Assembly (NCBI GenBank): GCA_964016885.1
Contig: OZ024745.1
Coordinates: 8,184,001-8,248,000 of the forward strand
Origin: Eledone cirrhosa
Lineage: Eukaryota
Direction of reading: 5' to 3'
DNA length: 64,000 bases
The number at the start of each line of letters is the position of its first letter. Within the stretch, counting starts at the first letter, position 1. The notes below the pieces were generated by a model. That model was given only the letters and a program-made list of their open reading frames with translations. It was not told where the DNA came from and did not search any database. Positions 63,601 through 64,000 of the stretch are shown here, piece after piece. The translations under genes and the position numbers were made by a program.

Positions 63601-64000
63601 GACCGACTGAGTGTTATACTCAAAACACTTAAGCTCAGTGACAGGCTGTGTGTTATATTCAAGACACTTAAGCTTAATAACAGGCTGAGTGTTATAATCA
63701 AGACACTTAAGCCTAGTGACAGGCTTAGTGTAATTGTCAAGACACTTAAGCTTAGTGACAGGCTGAGTGTTATACTCAACACACTTAAGTTAGTGACGGG
63801 CTGAGTGTTATAGTCAAGAAACTTAAGTTTAGTGACAGGCTGAGTGTTATAGTCAAGACACTTAAGCTTAGTGACAGGCTGAGTGTTTTTAGTCACGACA
63901 CTTAAGCCTAGTGACGGGCTGAGTGTTATAGTCAAGACACTTAAGCTTAGTGACATGCTGAGTGTTATAGTCAAGACACTTAGGCTTAGTGACAGGCTTA
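33696..64000. repeat. 39-bp tandem satellite (satellite B), consensus GACACTTAAGCTTAGTGACAGGCTGAGTGTTATAGTCAA, about 780 monomers, open at the window end
   Basis: Continuous head-to-tail 39-mers with a sharp left edge at 33696. Overlapping CTTAAG (AflII) and AAGCTT (HindIII) sites in the consensus monomer. Confidence 0.99.

Noticed and set aside
33613-63974. Dozens of Leu/Ser-rich or KTLKLSDRLSVIV ORFs as genes
   Set aside because: They result from a 39-bp unit lacking stops in three frames, mostly start at TTG/GTG, and are broken by frequent frameshifts.

Overview
This is eukaryotic, repeat-dominated genomic DNA with no supportable host protein-coding gene. It is probably from an octopus-like cephalopod, an inference from my recollection of the SINE families and from the microsatellite density. 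The window has three parts. (1) 1-15582 is a 40-bp tandem satellite. (2) 15583-33695 is an ~18-kb island of microsatellites and transposons. It holds three minus-strand R4/Dong-like non-LTR retrotransposons with a restriction-like endonuclease (RLE), each ending in an (ATT/TAA)n tract; an internally deleted hAT (Buster/Charlie-type) transposon with an 8-bp TSD; several tRNA-derived SINEs; two degenerate minimal-hammerhead-like motifs; and two CTCF-like motifs. (3) 33696-64000 is an unrelated 39-bp satellite with kb-scale higher-order duplications. The most interesting signal is one (ATT)n tract apparently split into four by a SINE and two Dong-like elements, with SINE and LINE sharing a tail from opposite strands. 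Next is a 3' stem-loop conserved with compensatory changes between two divergent Dong-like families. Weaker signals are the quasi-palindromic structure of the 39-bp satellite and an apparent third-position bias in its variants. All alignments and folds were done by eye.
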